Positions 28,186 through 32,351 of a stretch of DNA of 32,351 bases are shown piece after piece. The translations under genes were made by a program, and so were the position numbers. Source of the DNA: Actibacterium sp. (GTDB taxonomy: Bacteria; Pseudomonadota; Alphaproteobacteria; Rhodobacterales; Rhodobacteraceae); contig NZ_JBFHDW010000001.1 of assembly GCF_041584535.1 (NCBI RefSeq), forward strand, positions 1 through 32,351, read 5' to 3'. The notes under the pieces are model-generated. The model searched no databases. It saw nothing but the letters and a program-made list of their open reading frames with translations, and was not told the origin of the DNA. The stretch's first letter is position 1; each line of letters starts with the position of its first letter.

Positions 28186-29631
28186 ATGAAACGCCAAAGA
28201 AACGTAAAAATCGTAGCCACCCTTGGGCCGGCTTCGAATGACTATCCGATGATCCGGGCGCTGTTCGACGCGGGGGCGGATGTGTTTCGCCTGAACATGA
28301 GCCATGGCTCGCATGATGAAATCCGCGAGCGGCACAAGATCATCCGCCAGATCGAGAAGGATACCAATCAGCCGATCGCGATTCTGGCCGATCTTCAGGG
28401 GCCAAAGCTGCGCTGTGGGGTGTTTTCCGGTGACAGCGAGGAACTGATCGAAGGTCAGGCGTTTCGCTTTGATCTGGACCCGACCGAGGGCAATGCCAGC
28501 CGCGTTTGCCTGCCCCATACCGAGATTTTCGCCGCCCTGCGCCCTGGTGCGACCCTGTTGGTCAATGATGGCAAGCTGCGGCTGAAAGTCGATGACTGCG
28601 GCCCGGATTTCGCCAATTGCACGGTGCAGAACGGCGGCACGATTTCGAACCGCAAAGGCGTCAACGTGCCGGACGTGGTATTGCCGCTGGCGGCGCTTTC
28701 GGACAAGGACCGGGCCGATCTTGAGTTCGTCTGCGAGCTGGGCGTCGATTGGGTGGCGCTGTCGTTCGTTCAGCGCCCCGCCGACGTGGACGAGGCCCGC
28801 GCGCTGGTCAAGGGCCGGGCCGCGGTTCTGTCCAAGATCGAGAAACCCGCCGCCGTCGCGGCATTCCATGACATTCTGGCGGTGTCCGATGGCATCATGG
28901 TGGCGCGCGGCGATCTGGGGGTCGAACTGCCGGTTCAGAACGTGCCCGCGATCCAGAAACGTCTGGTCCGCAGCAGCCGCGCCGCCGCCAAGCCGGTGAT
29001 CGTGGCGACTCAGATGTTGGAAAGCATGATCGAAAGCCCGGTGCCGACGCGGGCCGAGGTCTCGGACGTGGCAACAGCGATCTACGAAGGTGCCGATGCG
29101 GTGATGCTGTCGGCCGAAAGCGCCGCCGGGGCCTATCCGGTGCAGGCCGTGACCACGATGCAGAACGTCGCCGTCGAGATCGAGAACGACCCGACCTATC
29201 GCGAGGTGATGGATGCCAGCCGTCTGGCGCCCAGCCCCGGTGTCGCCGGTGGCATGGTCGCCGCCGCGCGTGAGATTGCCGAAACCGCCGATATCAAGGC
29301 GATCTGCTGTTTCACCCATTCGGGAACCACGGCGGCGCAAACCGCACGCGAACGGCCGCGCGTGCCGATTCTGGCGGTGACCCCGTTCGAAAACATCGCC
29401 CGCCGCCTGTGCCTGACCTGGGGCGTGACCTGCGTGGTCTCGGAACATGTGGATCGGTTCAAAGAAGCGGTGATCTATGCCGCCCGCGCCGCGCGCGAAA
29501 AGGGCTTTGCTGACGTGACCGACCAGATCGTCGTGACCGCCGGTGTGCCGTTCAACGTGCCGGGCACCACGAACATCCTGCGGGTGGCGCCTTGTGATGA
29601 ACGCTTGATTTTTCGCAACGATCCGGAATAA
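28186..29631 (+). CDS. pyk: Pyruvate kinase
   Basis: KIVATLGPAS, RLNMSHG, DLQGPK, SKIEK, MVARGDLG, ATQMLESM, PTRAEVSDV, DAVMLSAESA. Confidence 0.97.
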   Translation: MKRQRNVKIVATLGPASNDYPMIRALFDAGADVFRLNMSHGSHDEIRERHKIIRQIEKDTNQPIAILADLQGPKLRCGVFSGDSEELIEGQAFRFDLDPTEGNASRVCLPHTEIFAALRPGATLLVNDGKLRLKVDDCGPDFANCTVQNGGTISNRKGVNVPDVVLPLAALSDKDRADLEFVCELGVDWVALSFVQRPADVDEARALVKGRAAVLSKIEKPAAVAAFHDILAVSDGIMVARGDLGVELPVQNVPAIQKRLVRSSRAAAKPVIVATQMLESMIESPVPTRAEVSDVATAIYEGADAVMLSAESAAGAYPVQAVTTMQNVAVEIENDPTYREVMDASRLAPSPGVAGGMVAAAREIAETADIKAICCFTHSGTTAAQTARERPRVPILAVTPFENIARRLCLTWGVTCVVSEHVDRFKEAVIYAARAAREKGFADVTDQIVVTAGVPFNVPGTTNILRVAPCDERLIFRNDPE

Positions 29632-29664
29632 CTCAGAATTTGAACAGTTAGTCAGGTTTTGAGT

Positions 29665-29889
29665 ATGGACCCGGATTTTTTACTGGTGACCGGGGTGGTT
29701 TGTGGGATTCTGGCGATACCCAGCCTTCTGAACGCCTATTCCGAAAGCCGGCCTCCGCGATTGGCGGCGATGATGTTCATTGCTGCGCTGGTGCTGATCG
29801 GCTTGGCGGTGGCCAAGACGCCAGCCCCCTACCGGGTTGCGGATTTTCCCCACGTTTTTGCCGGCGTTGTGGCGCGTTTCCTGCACTAA
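29665..29889 (+). CDS. Small hypothetical membrane protein
   Basis: MDPDFLLVTGVVCGILAIPSLLNAYSESRPPR..., two hydrophobic segments; lies between pyk and rpmI. Confidence 0.65.
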   Translation: MDPDFLLVTGVVCGILAIPSLLNAYSESRPPRLAAMMFIAALVLIGLAVAKTPAPYRVADFPHVFAGVVARFLH

Positions 29890-29894
29890 ACCCC

Positions 29895-29999
29895 TTGCAA
29901 CACTGGGGAACCGCGCATATACGGCGCTCTCTATCCGCGTGACCGGCCGAAGTGGCATGCCGAGTCGCGCGTTAACCGTTCATCTACGAGGAGACGGAA
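29895..29999 (+). promoter_or_regulatory. Putative rpmI-rplT promoter and structured leader
   Basis: TTGCAA-N17-TATACG, then a hairpin at 29936-29971 and a GAGGAG RBS. Confidence 0.5.
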
Positions 30000-30200
30000 A
30001 TGCCCAAGATGAAGACAAAATCGAGCTGCAAAAAGCGGTTCAAGGTCACTGCCAACGGGCGCATCAAAACCGGTCAAGCCGGTAAGCGTCACGGCATGAT
30101 CAAACGCACCACCAAGTTCATCCGCACTGCACGCGGCACCACCACGCTTTCGGCTCCTGATGAGAAAATCATCAAGTCGATGATGCCGTATTCGCGTTAA
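30000..30200 (+). CDS. rpmI: 50S ribosomal protein L35
   Basis: [20 protein letters not shown]...GKRHGMIKR. Confidence 0.97.
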   Translation: MPKMKTKSSCKKRFKVTANGRIKTGQAGKRHGMIKRTTKFIRTARGTTTLSAPDEKIIKSMMPYSR

Positions 30201-30212
30201 GGAGGATCGAAC

Positions 30213-30575
30213 ATGTCCCGAGTTAAAGGTGGAACCGTCACCCACGCCCGTCACCGGAAAGTTGTCAAAGCTGCGAAAGGCTATTACGGCGCCCGCAGCC
30301 GGAACTTCAAAACCGCGACGCAGGCTGTTGATAAAGCCAACCAGTACGCGACCCGCGACCGGAAGCAGCGCAAGCGCAACTTCCGCGCTCTGTGGATTCA
30401 GCGGATCAACGCCGCTGTTCGCAGCCATGACGAAGCCCTGACCTATTCGCGCTTCATCAACGGTCTGTCGCTGGCAGGTGTCGAAGTCGACCGTAAGGTT
30501 CTGGCCGATCTGGCCGTCAATGAACCCGCCGCGTTTGGCGCCATCGTCGAAAAGGCGAAGGCCGCGCTGGCGTAA
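30213..30575 (+). CDS. rplT: 50S ribosomal protein L20
   Basis: [46 protein letters not shown]. Confidence 0.98.
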   Translation: MSRVKGGTVTHARHRKVVKAAKGYYGARSRNFKTATQAVDKANQYATRDRKQRKRNFRALWIQRINAAVRSHDEALTYSRFINGLSLAGVEVDRKVLADLAVNEPAAFGAIVEKAKAALA

Positions 30576-30600
30576 ACTCCCGCTTTTGGGAACGAATTGG

Positions 30601-30641
30601 AAAGCCGCGGGGCCCGTAAGGGGTGCCGCGGCTTTTTCTTT
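30601..30641 (+). terminator. Rho-independent terminator after rplT
   Basis: AAAGCCGCGG...CCGCGGCTTTTTCTTT. Confidence 0.82.
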
Positions 30642-30716
30642 ATGCGCCCGAGGGGCTGACAGGTTGCATTCAGAGCGGCCTGTGGTAGCAGAAGCGCAAC
30701 GGATCAGGAGGGTCGA

Positions 30717-31787
30717 ATGGACGATCTGAGGCAGAAATATCTGGATGCCATCACAGGCGCCGCCGACGAAGGCGCGCTTGAGGCGCTGCGCGTGCAGGCC
30801 GTTGGCAAAAAGGGCGAGATCAGCCTGAAAATGCGCGAACTGGGCAAGATGAGCCCCGAAGAACGTCAGATCATGGGCCCGGCGCTGAACGCGCTGAAGG
30901 ATCAGATCAACGATGCGCTGGCGCTGAAAAAGGCGGCCCTTGGCGACGCGGCGCTGAACGAGCGGCTGGCGACCGAATGGCTGGACATCACCCTGCCGTC
31001 GCGCCCGCGCCGTCAGGGCAGCATCCACCCGGTCAGTCAGGTCACTGAAGAGGTCAGCGCGATTTTCGCCGACATGGGCTTTGCCGTGGCCGAAGGCCCG
31101 CAGGTCGAAAGCGACTGGTTCAACTTTGACGCGCTGAACATCCCGCCCGAGCATCCCGCCCGGCAGGAACACGACACGTTCTATATGCACCGCGCCGCAG
31201 GCGACGACCGCCCGCCGCATGTGCTGCGCACCCATACCAGCCCGGTGCAGATCCGCGCGATGCAGGATCAGGGCGCGCCCATTCGGGTGATCGCGCCGGG
31301 CCGGGTCTATCGCTGTGACTATGACCAGACCCACACGCCGATGTTCCACCAGATCGAAGGTCTGGCCATCGACCGCGATATCTCCATGGCCAACCTGAAA
31401 TGGGTGCTTGAGGAATTCTTTACCGCCTTCTTCGGCACCAAGGTTCAAACCCGGTTCCGCGCCTCGCATTTCCCGTTCACCGAACCCTCGGCCGAGGTCG
31501 ATATTCAGTGCTCGTGGCAGGACGGCACCGTGAAGGTGGGCGAGGGCAACGACTGGCTTGAGGTTCTGGGCAGCGGCATGGTGCACCCCAACGTGCTGCG
31601 CGCGGCGGGCGTCGACCCCGATGAATGGCAGGGCTTTGCCTTTGGCATCGGCATCGACCGTCTGGCGATGCTGAAATACGGCATCCCCGACCTGCGCGCG
31701 TTCTTTGATTCCGACCTGCGCTGGCTGCGCCACTATGGCTTTGCCGCACTGGATGTGCCGACCCTGCATGGGGGGCTAAGCCGCTGA
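30717..31787 (+). CDS. pheS: Phenylalanyl-tRNA synthetase alpha subunit
   Basis: [53 protein letters not shown]. Confidence 0.98.
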   Translation: MDDLRQKYLDAITGAADEGALEALRVQAVGKKGEISLKMRELGKMSPEERQIMGPALNALKDQINDALALKKAALGDAALNERLATEWLDITLPSRPRRQGSIHPVSQVTEEVSAIFADMGFAVAEGPQVESDWFNFDALNIPPEHPARQEHDTFYMHRAAGDDRPPHVLRTHTSPVQIRAMQDQGAPIRVIAPGRVYRCDYDQTHTPMFHQIEGLAIDRDISMANLKWVLEEFFTAFFGTKVQTRFRASHFPFTEPSAEVDIQCSWQDGTVKVGEGNDWLEVLGSGMVHPNVLRAAGVDPDEWQGFAFGIGIDRLAMLKYGIPDLRAFFDSDLRWLRHYGFAALDVPTLHGGLSR

Positions 31788-31809
31788 TGCCCGTGGTTTT
31801 CGCAACAAA

Positions 31810-31891
31810 GGATCGCGCCCGACCCGAGGGGGGGCGTATCACGCCCGCCCTGGGGGGCGGGTCGGGTGCGATCCGGATCGCAAGCGATCCG
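31810..31891. repeat. GC-rich palindromic (REP/MITE-like) element
   Basis: 17-bp arms GGATCGCGCCCGACCCG (31810-31826) and CGGGTCGGGTGCGATCC (31858-31874; one G-T), inner hairpin GGGCGT-ATC-ACGCCC, second hairpin CGGATCG-CAAG-CGATCCG. Confidence 0.55.
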
Positions 31892-31898
31892 AAAGGTT

Positions 31899-32180
31899 CT
31901 ATGTTTTCCTCACGCAGAGTATTGCATCGACAGAACCGTCATGCCCGTGACAAACAATGCGTCTCTTGGTCCCATTTTCCTCGTGATAAACGACTTCATA
32001 GATGGCATTTGGCCCTAAAGTTTTTCTCGAGAGATTTTGGGGTGTTATCCAACCAAAGGCCTCGGGAGGCCTGTTTAGGCCGAGGATGCCCATGAGCTTA
32101 ATGGATTCTAAATCGAGAGTGCCTGCATCAATATCCGAACCGATAGCGGTGGCTAGTGGGGATAGGGGATTTGTGACCAT
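31899..32180 (-). CDS. Hypothetical 93-aa protein in the AT-richer insert between pheS and pheT
   Basis: ATG at 32180 preceded by GGAAAGGA; MVTNPLSPLATAIGSD...VDAILCVRKT; no recognisable family; competes with + ORF 32002-32322. Confidence 0.35.
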   Translation of the reverse strand: MVTNPLSPLATAIGSDIDAGTLDLESIKLMGILGLNRPPEAFGWITPQNLSRKTLGPNAIYEVVYHEENGTKRRIVCHGHDGSVDAILCVRKT

Positions 32181-32318
32181 GAGCGAATATCCTTTCCGGC
32201 AGAGTTTAGTGGGCAATTCGAATGTCCTTAAGGTGGTGCCGGGCAAATGGCATTCCAGAGTTGGCGCCAAGTCAATTCTGAAAAACGACAAGATTTCGCT
32301 CCTCAAGGAGACCGTAAA

Positions 32319-32351
32319 ATGAAATTCACCCTCTCCTGGCTGAAAGATCAC
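32319..32351 (+). CDS. pheT: Phenylalanyl-tRNA synthetase beta subunit, N-terminus (truncated by the window)
   Basis: AAGGAG RBS, then ATG AAA TTC ACC CTC TCC TGG CTG AAA GAT CAC = MKFTLSWLKDH, the typical PheT start; downstream of pheS. Confidence 0.9.
   Translation, partial: MKFTLSWLKDH

Noticed and set aside
30576-30716. pheM-type attenuator upstream of pheS
   Set aside because: No Phe-rich leader peptide seen; the hairpin is explained as the rplT terminator.
29931-31769. 612-aa minus-strand ORF spanning rpmI-rplT-pheS
   Set aside because: Antisense to three unambiguous genes; no RBS or motif support.

Overview
GC-rich chromosomal window from an alphaproteobacterium, with gene content and order typical of Rhodobacteraceae (Roseobacter-like). 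It is almost all core genes. In order: 3' end of ETF-ubiquinone oxidoreductase, TPR protein-ispE, polyprenyl synthase, DUF2007-methyltransferase, DUF465, a DMT transporter, phbA/phbB, a stand-alone EAL protein, tag, a type-2 argC, tlpA, argH-small lipoprotein-DUF2834-lysA, a TIGR02302 protein, a ZitP-like zinc-finger protein divergent from ftsEX-plsC, accA, mcl1, a dgcN-dgcA-dat D-amino-acid cluster, a DUF5671/pilin-like pair, DUF1244, N-formylglutamate amidohydrolase, pyk, rpmI-rplT, pheS and the first codons of pheT. I saw no CRISPR array, rRNA, tRNA or transposase, and no clear-cut new system. The best leads are: (i) shared cis-motifs upstream of phbA, phbB, mcl1 and DUF465; (ii) an AT-richer insert with a palindromic element between pheS and pheT; (iii) the DUF5671 + pilin-like pair; (iv) the dgcN-dgcA-dat cluster without an adjacent hydrolase; (v) a ZitP-like protein with PopZ-reminiscent segments; (vi) a 33-aa lipoprotein missing from the ORF track. 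All family calls come from motif recognition by eye, not database searches.
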